Source: Candidatus Levybacteria bacterium RIFCSPHIGHO2_02_FULL_40_18 (GTDB lineage Bacteria; Patescibacteriota; Microgenomatia; Levybacterales; GWA1-39-11). From it: 64,000 nucleotides of DNA. The position numbers and the translations under genes were made by a program. The notes under the pieces are model-generated. The model saw only the letters and a list, made by a program, of their open reading frames with translations. It did no database searches and had not been told where the DNA came from. Positions 38,272-47,618 of this stretch are shown here, piece by piece (within the stretch, counting starts at the first letter, position 1; every line of letters begins with the position of its first letter). Location of the stretch: positions 47,851 to 111,850 of the forward strand of contig MFOC01000003.1 of NCBI GenBank assembly GCA_001782235.1. Direction: 5' to 3'.

Positions 38272-39710
38272 ATAATCTGAACTTAATGCTTATTGGAGTA
38301 GGACCACATGCAAGAAGAATATACTATCCCATTTGTAAAAAGGAAGAAAGTCTTGGGGTTAAAATAATTTGCGGAGTTGATTTAGTTGAGAAAAAGGATG
38401 AAATTGAAAGGTTTCTTGATCTAAAAGAGGACAAGCTACCTATGCTTTATATCTCAAACAATACATACACTAAGGCATTACCGAACGAAGAAAGAGAGAA
38501 GCTAAATAAACTTGTTAAAAAATATAAGATTAATGGTGTTATCATCTCGACGGATCCTTTGGCTCATCTACGATATGCACTATGGGCAATTGATCAGGGC
38601 CTTCACATCTTGATGGATAAACCAATTTCAGCTGTTCCTTACGCCTCAACTGATGAACATGCTGCGGAGGATATTGTTTCTGATTTTTATCTTTTAAAAA
38701 ATCGCCATGAGAAAAAGGGAGCCAAAAAAATTGTTAGCATAATGACTCAAAGGCGATTCCACCCAGCATATACAAAAATTCGTGAACTAGCCGAAGATGT
38801 TTTTAAAAAAACTAATTGCCCAATTACATCTGTTCAGACTTTTCATTCTGATGGTCAGTGGCGTCTTCCATCTGAAATAGTGGATATTGACTACCATTCA
38901 TTTAATCATGGTTTTGGTGAGCTGTTACATTCTGGGTATCACTCATTAGACATTATTTGCTGGTTATTAAGTTCGACTCGAGGAACAAAGAAAGAAATAA
39001 ATAATGTGGATATTTTCTCACAGATAGTACGTCCTACAGATTTTATCTCACAAATAAACTTTCCCGATTATAAAAATTTGTTTGCAGACTTTCCAAAGGT
39101 CAACAAATACTCTGAGAAGGATTTCAGAAATATAACCAAAAAATATGGAGAGATAGACGTTTTTGTTAATTTTGCATTTAAACATAACTCAGACGTAATA
39201 ACTTTAGGCAGCTCGAACTTAGTGCATAATGGTTTTTCCCAACGTGGGTGGCTTATGCCTAAAAAAGATATGTACAAGGGGAACGGAAGAGTTAGACAAG
39301 AAACTATATTTATTGAACAAGGCCCTTTTCAGTCAATCTCCCTAGTTTCATATCAATCAAGCGAGATTAACAAAGACTCAAACAGTGGCATTTTTGATGT
39401 GGGTGGAGAGTACCATTTGGATATTCATGTTTTTAGAAATAGCAGTTTTTACCCAAAATGGAAAACCTATGAAAAATTATCGATTAAAGACTTATCGAAA
39501 AGTACGTTGGAGGGATATTCAAGAGGCCATCAAGAAGACGCAAGAAGAAATGCAATAATTGACTTTATAGAATCTGCAAAAGGTAAGAGACTAAGCCAAG
39601 TATCGAATTTATTGGATCATGAATTTGGTGTTAAACTTATTAGCGGAGCGTACCTTTCAATGGCAAGAAAGATTCACTCCAAGAACCCAGTTGTAAATAT
39701 TTCTCTTTAG
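38268..39710 (+). CDS. NAD(P)-binding oxidoreductase, Gfo/Idh/MocA-like (divergent, 480 aa)
   Basis: N-terminal Rossmann-like LMLIGVGPHARRIYYPI. Start overlaps the upstream stop (ATGA). Confidence 0.35.
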   Translation: MNNLNLMLIGVGPHARRIYYPICKKEESLGVKIICGVDLVEKKDEIERFLDLKEDKLPMLYISNNTYTKALPNEEREKLNKLVKKYKINGVIISTDPLAHLRYALWAIDQGLHILMDKPISAVPYASTDEHAAEDIVSDFYLLKNRHEKKGAKKIVSIMTQRRFHPAYTKIRELAEDVFKKTNCPITSVQTFHSDGQWRLPSEIVDIDYHSFNHGFGELLHSGYHSLDIICWLLSSTRGTKKEINNVDIFSQIVRPTDFISQINFPDYKNLFADFPKVNKYSEKDFRNITKKYGEIDVFVNFAFKHNSDVITLGSSNLVHNGFSQRGWLMPKKDMYKGNGRVRQETIFIEQGPFQSISLVSYQSSEINKDSNSGIFDVGGEYHLDIHVFRNSSFYPKWKTYEKLSIKDLSKSTLEGYSRGHQEDARRNAIIDFIESAKGKRLSQVSNLLDHEFGVKLISGAYLSMARKIHSKNPVVNISL

Positions 39711-39716
39711 AACTAG

Positions 39717-40406
39717 ATGAAGTTTAAAATACTAAATGAGTCTAACCTCAAAAAGGCATCTGGCCTTGTTATTATTGTTGACGTTCTTCGTGCATTCACT
39801 ACTATTTGTTACGTTTTCTCAAATAAAGCAGATAAGGCAATTCTTGTAAAAGGCCCTGAAGAGGGTTTGTTGTTAAAGAGAGAGAATCCTAACTATGTTT
39901 TAATTGGTGAGCGTGGAGGTTTTAAACTTCCAGGATACGACTATGGAAACTCTCCTTACGAGCTAAAGAAGGTTAACTTTTCAGGCAAAACTATTGTTAT
40001 GACAACTTCTCAGGGAACTGCATTTTTCTACAGACTTAGTAAACACTCAGAGTGTAAAGAGCTTATTACTGGAAGTTTTGTCAATGCGTCTTCCATAGTT
40101 AATTATATTAAGCAAAATAAGTATAAAACTATAACATTTGTTTGTACAGATAATTCATATCAAAACAATGAGGATTATATGTGCGTTAAGTATTTAATCA
40201 GTTGTCTAAAAGGAAAACCCCTTAACTTTCAAGAAATAAAAAAGGATTTAACGAAACATCCCGTTGCCGAAAGGTTTATTAAAAAACCCTTAACAAAGCA
40301 TGCTCCGTATGATTTCGAGTTGTCTTTGCAATTGAATAAATTTAGTTTTATAATAAAGGCGAACATGTCAACCAAGCGCATAATTTTAGAACAGATAACT
40401 CTATGA
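39717..40406 (+). CDS. 2-phosphosulfolactate phosphatase (ComB) family protein
   Basis: LVIIVDVLRAFTTICYVF N-terminal motif and ~230 aa length are typical of PF04029. Confidence 0.45.
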   Translation: MKFKILNESNLKKASGLVIIVDVLRAFTTICYVFSNKADKAILVKGPEEGLLLKRENPNYVLIGERGGFKLPGYDYGNSPYELKKVNFSGKTIVMTTSQGTAFFYRLSKHSECKELITGSFVNASSIVNYIKQNKYKTITFVCTDNSYQNNEDYMCVKYLISCLKGKPLNFQEIKKDLTKHPVAERFIKKPLTKHAPYDFELSLQLNKFSFIIKANMSTKRIILEQITL

Positions 40407-41869
40407 GCGCTGAAAATAGGCAAGGGGCTCCAGATAGATTTACGCTCCGTAAAGAATACTTCGGAGGTTTAGTACTTGATTCCCATACTCCTAAAAACGA
40501 ATTTCTTAAGCCTCAAGAATATGAATTTTTAAGCCGACTGAAAGAAGCAGAAGGAGTGTTTTTTGATGCAGTCTTAGAAAGCAACCCAGACCTTACACAA
40601 AGAGTTAATGCGTTTGCTGAGACTGGATTTGTTGAAAAAGGGCCAAATGGAGAAATTATTTTAACAAATATTAGACTAGTCCCTCCACCAGATCAAATAC
40701 GCCATGGGGTCCTTACTGCCCCGATACGTGTTTATGATATGTATACTCGAAGATGTAATCTTGCCTGTGAACACTGCTATGCGGCTAGTAATCCATTTAT
40801 AAAAGAGGACAGACGTACTCTTGAGCAGACTGCTGATATTATGAAGAAATTTTACGATGCTGGAACTATCGAGTGGCGTTTTACAGGAGGAGAACCAACC
40901 GTATACCCTGACTTATTCGATGCAATAGATGTCGCTCAAGGGTTGGGCATGAATGTAAGCATGAATTCAAACGGATGGTGGAGTGAAAAAACTGCACAAA
41001 AGATACTTGAATCTGGAATTAGTGAAATGGTAATTAGTATTGAAGGTGAACCTGGAACAAACGATTTAAGAAGGAAAGTAGGTTCTTACAATCACGTAAT
41101 AGATGCACTTGATAAGGTAGCACATCATAATAGATTTTACTCTGATAAAAAGATAGATGTCGTAATAAATACGGCGGTCGGTAGGGACAATATAAACGAT
41201 GCAGAATTTGTCGTCCGTTTGGCTGCTAAATATGGACATAACGTAAACTTTCTTCCATTAAAACCAAGCGGGAGGGCAAGACATGGTCTCCAATCTGTAA
41301 TGTTAAGTACCAGAGAATGGATGGAATTCTCGAGAAAGGTTCAACAGTTAAGAACTGATCCAGAGATACAAGCCTCGGGTATTAAGCTCACTCATAGATA
41401 CAAGGATCTTTTTTGTCCAACAGCACCTGACCAATCTGGAAAACCTTATCCGTTTAATTATGCAGAATGTGGAGCAACAACAACTGCTATAAGCATGTTC
41501 CCTGATGGAAGAGTTTTTGCTTGTCCCTTTGTGATTGAGTTTGATGTTAGAAATGAATTTGTAGGACCAAATATGATCACTTCGTCAGTTGAAGAAGCTT
41601 GGAATCACGTAAACATTGATAAATTCAGGACAGCAGAAAAAACTCAAGGTTGCACCGATTGTAGCCATTTATCGAAAAGGTGCAGGGGAGCTTGCAAGGC
41701 AACAGTTTTGGGATATGGCGGTGAAATAAAGGATGGAAAATTGGTTGGAGAAGACCCATATTGTTACGTTTCTTTAATAGATGAAGAGGACACAATGATA
41801 CAAGAAAGTAAGGCTCGAGGCCGTCAAATGTTACCATTTATACAGCTTGATGACATCCCCACACTATAA
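40403..41869 (+). CDS. Radical SAM/SPASM-domain enzyme with an N-terminal RRE-like (wHTH) domain. Putative peptide-modifying maturase.
   Basis: CNLACEHCY (CxxxCxxC) at about residue 118. FTGGEPTVYPD. C-terminal auxiliary-cluster cysteines (CPFVIEFD...CTDCSHLSKRCRGACKA...CYVS). The ~100 aa N-terminus YFGGLVLDSHTP...LSRLKEAEG resembles RRE domains. Confidence 0.75.
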   Translation: MSAENRQGAPDRFTLRKEYFGGLVLDSHTPKNEFLKPQEYEFLSRLKEAEGVFFDAVLESNPDLTQRVNAFAETGFVEKGPNGEIILTNIRLVPPPDQIRHGVLTAPIRVYDMYTRRCNLACEHCYAASNPFIKEDRRTLEQTADIMKKFYDAGTIEWRFTGGEPTVYPDLFDAIDVAQGLGMNVSMNSNGWWSEKTAQKILESGISEMVISIEGEPGTNDLRRKVGSYNHVIDALDKVAHHNRFYSDKKIDVVINTAVGRDNINDAEFVVRLAAKYGHNVNFLPLKPSGRARHGLQSVMLSTREWMEFSRKVQQLRTDPEIQASGIKLTHRYKDLFCPTAPDQSGKPYPFNYAECGATTTAISMFPDGRVFACPFVIEFDVRNEFVGPNMITSSVEEAWNHVNIDKFRTAEKTQGCTDCSHLSKRCRGACKATVLGYGGEIKDGKLVGEDPYCYVSLIDEEDTMIQESKARGRQMLPFIQLDDIPTL

Positions 41870-42348
41870 AAAGGGTATCCTCTTCGATATTTGCAACCAG
41901 AATAGAAAACACAACTTGAAATGAAGGTTTGGCGCCTTACAGCTGAAAACCCCTATCTTTTAAAACGCAATGGCTGAACTAGACGCAGTATATGGGGGAT
42001 GTATATCGATTGGCTACTAAAAACATCCCAGATACTGGTGGAAGCATTAGCATTACTCTTTCTCCCTCCAATTGGAGCAGCAGGTCTGCACCTCAAACTA
42101 AAAGCTAGCCTCTAAACAATTTCACTACTAAAAGGGCGGGGCAGAGCGGTTTTGTCTCTTCCAGGTCTTTCCAGCTCATTCCAATTACTTCTTAGACAAA
42201 TTCCAACGACCATCCCATTAAAGAACCTCTCTCCTATCTTTTTTAGACCTAGAGCTTTGACGGCGAAAACTTGACATAATAGCTTTGTCATTCTTGCATT
42301 CTCTTCAGTCTCCTCTACAGAGAATAGTCAGATCTTAATGCTACAAGA

Positions 42349-42720
42349 GTGACTTTTATGACATCGATCCTTCTATCTAAGGCAAGGAGAAGATTAGCGG
42401 CAAAAGACCCTCACAATGTGTTCGCAAGCACTTTTGCAGAAACGGGATTTCTAGGGCTTGGTTCTCTAGTTTTATTACTTTTGTATTTTCTTCAAAAAGA
42501 CATCGGAATCATGAAGAGCAGTAACGATCTATCGAAAACATTTGTTGTTTCTTTCTGGACACTTTTTGTTTTTGCGCTTCTTAACCCTTCCTCATCGATT
42601 ATCTACCAGACTCTCTTTTGGCTTTTGAGGGCACTTATTGAAAAATCACCAAAGTTAAGATCGCGTGATTCATTCAATCTTACTGACAATGTAGTTGTCG
42701 AAGACAAAGGTGGGGGTTGA
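42349..42720 (+). pseudogene. C-terminal fragment of an O-antigen-ligase paralogue that runs into repeat R2
   Basis: DPHNVFASTFAETGFLGLGSLVLLLLYFLQKD...FWTLFVFALL is about 50% identical to the C-terminus of 35542..36822 and lacks the N-terminal ~300 aa. Confidence 0.5.
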
Positions 42721-42723
42721 AAT
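42610..42723. repeat. 114-bp direct repeat R2 (right boundary of the cassette). The minus strand encodes ...STPTFVFDNYIVSKIE*
   Basis: Near-identical to R1 (36864-36977). Confidence 0.7.
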
Positions 42724-43033
42724 ACTCAACTTCTTACCGCCATTTCAGATACTACGATTAGCAACGTAATAATCAATCAATCTCCTAATCATGGCTTGAT
42801 AAGAAGCGCTCTTAATTCTGGCTGCTTTTTTAAAGAAGTCAACGCTCTTTTTACTCAAAGCAAGTGTTACTTTTACTTTTTCCTCGCGCAAAACAAGATC
42901 TTCGGGTTTTGGTAAAAAATCCCTTATGGCTTTTGCCTCAAAGGGTTCATTTGTGTATTTTATTTTGGGGCCATTATTTATTTTGCTGGTGTTGGTTCAA
43001 AAGGTAAAAGAATATATCAAACCATAGATTAAC

Positions 43034-44308
43034 CTAGCGAGGTCTTGCTTTCTTAGGAGGTTGCATAGTTATTGGGCCTCTAACTAGGGTTAGAAAATTT
43101 TCTTGATTAAAATATTGATTAGCAACCCTTTTAACATCTTCGGCAGTTACCTTTTCTATTTCCTTTTTTATATAATCTGTACTTAAAATTCGCCCTTCTG
43201 TGGCATACGTTGTAGCGTGCCATTGGGCAATAGAGTCGGGGGTCTCAAGAGAATAATACATATTTGAGATGTCTAAAATCTTGGCAACATTAATTTCATT
43301 TTTTTCAATTTTCCCCTCTCTTAACTTTGCTAATTCTTCATGAATGCATGTAAGGGCACGATCTACATTAACAGGAGAAAAACCACCATAAGCAATAAGC
43401 ATCCCTGTATCTTTAAACGTCCAATTCCAAACCCATGTGCTATACGCTATCCCGAGTTCATAAACTAGTTTATTAAATAAACGCGAGCTTGTACCCCCAC
43501 CAAGAATATCTGCAATAACCCGCATAGCGAATCTATCCGGGTGGAGATAGTGTATCCCAGTCACTGTGCCTATCATTAATAGAGCTTGTTGACTATTTGA
43601 ACGTATTTTTTTGATTTTTTTTATGGGAGGCAAAAAGGCAACTTTCTCAATCTCTCTTTTGCTCTTTATAGTTCCCTTGCCGAAATATCTTTGAATATAT
43701 TGATTGAGTTCACGGATATTAAATTTACCCACTATAGAAATCGTCATATTTGATGGATAATAAAAGTTATTAAGGTAATCTCTTAATTGGCTAGGGTCGA
43801 TATTTTTGATGGTAGATCTTTCTCCTAAGGTTGACCTTCCCAAGGCCTGCTCCTTTCCCCAACAGTATTCCATAAACAAATCCCATATCTCTATTTCAGG
43901 AGTATCCTCTTTCCTCTGAATTTCCTCGAGAATTATGCTCTTTTCCCTCTCAACGGATGTTTTATCAAAAGCTGGATTGAATAATATCTCCGAAAGGTAA
44001 TAGAGCCCTTTCTCAAGATATTCTTTGGGAACCTTCACATTATAGGCAATATATTCTTTATCAGTCCACGCTCCGCTTTTCCCTCCGATAGATTCTATAA
44101 CCTGAGCTAATTCTTTTGCTGTCGGATATTTTCTTGTTCCTTCAAATAACATATGCTCTAGAAAATGAGCATGCCCAGCAGATATCTTTGATTCATATCT
44201 TGGTCCGGCATTAACCGCAACATAAATCGCAATTGAATTAACCCAAGGCACCTGTTGAGTAATTACAGTTAACCCATTGCTCAATTTTTGAATCTTAGCC
44301 TTTTCCAT
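43034..44308 (-). CDS. M16 (insulinase/pitrilysin) family zinc peptidase. Candidate leader peptidase of the adjacent RiPP locus.
   Basis: HxxEH zinc motif (GHAHFLEHMLFEGT). About 420 aa with two M16 halves. Confidence 0.7.
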   Translation of the reverse strand: MEKAKIQKLSNGLTVITQQVPWVNSIAIYVAVNAGPRYESKISAGHAHFLEHMLFEGTRKYPTAKELAQVIESIGGKSGAWTDKEYIAYNVKVPKEYLEKGLYYLSEILFNPAFDKTSVEREKSIILEEIQRKEDTPEIEIWDLFMEYCWGKEQALGRSTLGERSTIKNIDPSQLRDYLNNFYYPSNMTISIVGKFNIRELNQYIQRYFGKGTIKSKREIEKVAFLPPIKKIKKIRSNSQQALLMIGTVTGIHYLHPDRFAMRVIADILGGGTSSRLFNKLVYELGIAYSTWVWNWTFKDTGMLIAYGGFSPVNVDRALTCIHEELAKLREGKIEKNEINVAKILDISNMYYSLETPDSIAQWHATTYATEGRILSTDYIKKEIEKVTAEDVKRVANQYFNQENFLTLVRGPITMQPPKKARPR

Positions 44309-44309
44309 T

Positions 44310-45065
44310 TTATTTACCGAGTGCTATCATATATAAAGGGTATTCCCTAATATTCTCAATATCAAGCAGGGATATAATTTGAGATTCAATAAATCCACCA
44401 ATTGGGCAACTTCTTAAACCTAATTCAGTTGCCAGAAGACATATATTTTGGGATAAGTGTCCGGCCTCAATTAACATATACCTGAACTCCCGATCTCCAT
44501 ATTTTATTCGACTCCTATCAGGGATGCCTGTAATTATTATTAAAAAATTTGCATCTAATATCCACTTTTCATTACCCGTACAGGCAAGAACCCATTCCCC
44601 CATGTCTTCTATCAGTAATGCCTCTAGCGCGTTCTCTTTTACATTATAATGATACAATCCCTGCTTTAAACTTTTTACGCCTAATGGAATTAGATATACT
44701 TCTAACGGATATCTCGCTCCCGCAGAGGGGTATGACCGTCTTGAATCATCCATATCTTTTGGCTCAAAAATAAGCCCGGCAACTGTGTATATTAAACTAG
44801 ATAATAACTTGAATGATATATCTTTTTTAATAAACAATCTTGTTGATCGCCTGCTTGATAATGATTTTATTTTTTTAGATAACGCTTTTTCAAGGACAAT
44901 TTTCGGCATACGAGGATAGGTTTTAAAATGAATTGTTATCCACTCTTGGGGAATGACTTCAACACTGTCCTCAAAACTTATGTTTTTAGACTGTTCATAA
45001 AAAACATCAGAGGCGTTTGCTTGTCCGTTAATAAATTCCGCAATTTTCTTTTTCAGTTTTTTCAT
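44310..45065 (-). CDS. SagB-type (nitroreductase-fold, FMN) dehydrogenase, azoline oxidase-like
   Basis: ARYPLEVYLIP...GLYHYNVKENALE...FRYMLIEAGHLSQNICLLATELGLRSCPIGGF are diagnostic SagB/McbC-type motifs. Confidence 0.7.
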   Translation of the reverse strand: MKKLKKKIAEFINGQANASDVFYEQSKNISFEDSVEVIPQEWITIHFKTYPRMPKIVLEKALSKKIKSLSSRRSTRLFIKKDISFKLLSSLIYTVAGLIFEPKDMDDSRRSYPSAGARYPLEVYLIPLGVKSLKQGLYHYNVKENALEALLIEDMGEWVLACTGNEKWILDANFLIIITGIPDRSRIKYGDREFRYMLIEAGHLSQNICLLATELGLRSCPIGGFIESQIISLLDIENIREYPLYMIALGK

Positions 45066-46396
45066 AAAAAGGGATGGGGAATATTATTCAGCTTTTCCTC
45101 TGTCTTGGGCTTGTATCCCATTTTTTCGGGAGAATCAAACAATCTCATTTTGCCAAAATATTTATACCGTTCATCCAGATAAATAGGTTGTAATTCGGGC
45201 GAAACTACCTTAACCACGTGGACTGGATAATCTTTAAATATTGAACTTGTAATTTCTGCGAAGTAGAAATTTACTCCTTTATCTTTTAGGATTTTGGCGA
45301 TTTTATATAAGCTCTCTTGTGCTTCTGTAGTTCTAGAATTGAGTTTGATATTAATTAAATCGCTATTAAGCCAGAAATTTAGATTTTTAATCATTTGTGG
45401 AGAAAACCAATAATATGCTCTGTCCTCTATGGTTCTGATGTCACTTCTTGATTTGTACCTTTTTAGGTTTCTACCAAGAATGACTTTGTCCCTGGTCCAT
45501 GATCTTGTCATCAAGGACTCTTCTATAGCTCCTACTATTACGTTTCTTTTGTCTAGCCCTGCCTTTAAACCAACTGATATTGACGGACCCAATCCTGTTC
45601 TATCTATAATTATTGCACAGACTGAAAAAATTGATAAATCATTGGTAATATTAATCAAATAAACTTCGAGTTGGTACCTTTCTATTTTATTAATAATATC
45701 ATTAATATATAAATCCCTAATACAATTAAGATTTATTCTTCTGCACGGAATTTTATTGAGGTATGCTACCATGAATGAATCTCTTTCGATTAACTCACAA
45801 ATTCCTCTATATATCGCTGTTTCTAGAGTGTCAGCACATGCAGCTCCTGAAGATGTTCCAAATTGAAGCATAGGCTCCATTCTCTCCCATTTATAAGGTA
45901 CATAAATTAATTGCGCTGGCAACAAAAAGTTATTTCCAATAAAAACATTTTTTGATTCGACCCATGAGTAATTTGCATATAAATATTCTTCTTTTTTTAA
46001 TTTTAATCTTTTGATTTGGGGATCTGAGAAAGATAAAAACAAGAGAGGACTAAGCATTTTACTTTTCTCATATTTCTTATTTTTTATAAGAGGTCTCTCT
46101 CTGTCATCTGAAAGAGAAAATCTCTCTATTAATTCGCCAAATAGCTTTTGCAATGCAGATGTTTGTGAAAATGATGTTCCACTAGCAATAGCATCTTCTG
46201 TTCCCTTATTCTTTCTCTCTTTAAATGAAGTATTATATTGAAAAATTTTAGGCTCATCATTATAAAAAGGGGCTCTATGAAAACCATGGAATATATGAGG
46301 ATATTTTTTAAGGAGATCAAAACCTATATCAATTATATCTTGTGAGTTTTTACCCATAAAGGAATACTTAAGCCTGTTTTGGGGCAGATAATCCAA
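45062..46396 (-). CDS. YcaO-domain protein (ATP-dependent cyclodehydratase or amide-activating enzyme)
   Basis: ASGTSFSQTSALQKLFGELIERFS and FGTSSGAACADTLETAIYRGICELIERDSFMVAYLNK (ATP-binding E-x2-ER motifs). Ends ...NIPHPFL. Translationally coupled to the downstream dehydrogenase (4-nt overlap). Confidence 0.8.
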   Translation of the reverse strand: MDYLPQNRLKYSFMGKNSQDIIDIGFDLLKKYPHIFHGFHRAPFYNDEPKIFQYNTSFKERKNKGTEDAIASGTSFSQTSALQKLFGELIERFSLSDDRERPLIKNKKYEKSKMLSPLLFLSFSDPQIKRLKLKKEEYLYANYSWVESKNVFIGNNFLLPAQLIYVPYKWERMEPMLQFGTSSGAACADTLETAIYRGICELIERDSFMVAYLNKIPCRRINLNCIRDLYINDIINKIERYQLEVYLINITNDLSIFSVCAIIIDRTGLGPSISVGLKAGLDKRNVIVGAIEESLMTRSWTRDKVILGRNLKRYKSRSDIRTIEDRAYYWFSPQMIKNLNFWLNSDLINIKLNSRTTEAQESLYKIAKILKDKGVNFYFAEITSSIFKDYPVHVVKVVSPELQPIYLDERYKYFGKMRLFDSPEKMGYKPKTEEKLNNIPHPFL

Positions 46397-46404
46397 GCGT
46401 TATT

Positions 46405-46620
46405 TTATTTACCTTCTCGTATCTCAACGGTTATTCTGCAACGTTGAGTGCAATGTCCAGGAACAGGAGAACGACAAGGACCGGGAGGGGGATTAGGAGG
46501 AAGCGGCGGCGGAGTTCCGCATCTCGAAACCATAGATTCTCCTTTCAATTCACTTGGAAGCCCTGATGTGAATTCCTTCGCATCAGCAATGACTCTTTCA
46601 ACTGTCTCTATATTTGACAT
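46405..46620 (-). CDS. Candidate RiPP precursor peptide (71 aa) with a Pro/Cys-rich C-terminal core
   Basis: MSNIETVERVIADAKEFTSGLPSELKGESMVS | RCGTPPPLPPNPPPGPCRSPVPGHCTQRCRITVEIREGK. Near-consensus SD (taAGGAGGTGAtaacta ATG). Ends 9 nt upstream of the YcaO start. Confidence 0.5.
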   Translation of the reverse strand: MSNIETVERVIADAKEFTSGLPSELKGESMVSRCGTPPPLPPNPPPGPCRSPVPGHCTQRCRITVEIREGK

Positions 46621-46936
46621 TAGTTATCACCTCCTTATTTAAGGAATACTTGTTACTAAGGTGATCTGCAATTATAGGAAGACTCTCTTCTAAAGGCAGC
46701 TGTGTACTTATTTGCCTTGCTCATGAAGTAACTAAAATATATCACAATTTAGAAACACTTGTCAATTTTTCGTTCTGTGTAAACACATATGAGACACTTT
46801 CCATTAGAATAACTCATCAGGAAAGTAGGTGTTTGTTTTGCTGGTGTTGGTTCAGAAGGTAAAAGAATATATCAAACCATAACTTAATATACGATCTTTC
46901 TTTCTTTCTTTTTGGGGAATTATGGGCGTAATCTAA

Positions 46937-47230
46937 TTACTCGGCGATACCGTCGTAGATAAATTTCTTAATCAGTGCCTGATATGGAATATCCATTTTG
47001 TGAGCCTCTACTTTAACCCTATCGATTAAACCAACCGGTAGGCGAATTGTAATAGGCTTAGTAGTAAGTTTTAAATTTGGGAAAATTACATGCCTTGCAG
47101 TTGAATAATCTACATACTCTGTTGAGTCTACTTTTTGCCAGAACTCTCTTTCCTCTTTTTCTGTTTTAAATTTTGGTATTGGCTTTAGCTTTTTTTTCTT
47201 CATACAACCTCCTTTCTTTTTTATTTGCAA
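46937..47230 (-). CDS. brnA: BrnA-like antitoxin (RHH/CopG-type). Probable true start at the internal Met MKKKKLKPIPKF.
   Basis: EEREFWQKVDSTEYVDYSTARHVIFPNLKLTTKPITIRLPVGLIDRVKVEAHKMDIPYQALIKKFI matches the BrnA family pattern. Confidence 0.55.
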   Translation of the reverse strand: MQIKKKGGCMKKKKLKPIPKFKTEKEEREFWQKVDSTEYVDYSTARHVIFPNLKLTTKPITIRLPVGLIDRVKVEAHKMDIPYQALIKKFIYDGIAE

Positions 47231-47519
47231 GTCTTGCAGAAATTATCCTTATCTTGTTATCTCTTTTTGTAAATACCGTGAACAACGTTCTGTTATCATT
47301 TGACTTACCTATTCCTATAAATCTTCCTTCCTCCTTAGAATGTTTTATGTCATCTTGGAAAAAAAGATATTTATCAACAAATACTTCCTCTGCTTCTCTT
47401 GGAGTAATTCCGTGTTTTTGATAGCTTTTGTCAACATTCCACTTATCCCATTCAAATCCGGTAATCTTACTCAAATCCGTCACTGTACATATATTACATG
47501 TACAAGTACGTGTTGTCAA
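47166..47519 (-). CDS. brnT: BrnT-like toxin (DUF497 ribonuclease)
   Basis: FEWDKWNVDKSYQKHGITPREAEEVF...IRIISARLANKKERRLYEE matches DUF497 motifs. Confidence 0.6.
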   Translation of the reverse strand: MTTRTCTCNICTVTDLSKITGFEWDKWNVDKSYQKHGITPREAEEVFVDKYLFFQDDIKHSKEEGRFIGIGKSNDNRTLFTVFTKRDNKIRIISARLANKKERRLYEEKKAKANTKI

Positions 47520-47547
47520 GCACTAAACCTCTGTGGACGTCACAGTT

Positions 47548-47599
47548 ACTCAATTTTACTGACGATGTAGTTGTCGAAGACAAAGGTGGGGGTTGAAAC
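47548..47599. repeat. R3, a third copy of the conserved 3' gene-end element (minus strand STPTFVFDNYIVSKIE*) abutting the AbiEii gene
   Basis: cagttactcaattttactgacgatgtagttgtcgaagacaaaggtgggggttgaaaca. Confidence 0.6.
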
Positions 47600-47618
47600 A
47601 CTTATTGTTTCCTTTTGT

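Noticed and set aside
41870-42350. Small ORFs (MAELDAVYGGCISIGY, 15 aa; MGDVYRLATKNIPDTGGSISITLSPSNWSSRSAPQTKS, 38 aa) as precursors for the rSAM/SPASM enzyme
   Set aside because: They are too short or Cys-poor, have no SD, and there is no leader-like conservation I can assess. Mentioned only as things to test, not annotated.
42349-42720. Possibility that the 123-aa ORF is an intact small membrane protein
   Set aside because: It aligns only to the last ~80 residues of the neighbouring O-antigen ligase paralogue, lacks the N-terminal TM bundle, and its C-terminus is read from the R2 repeat. Treated as a gene fragment.
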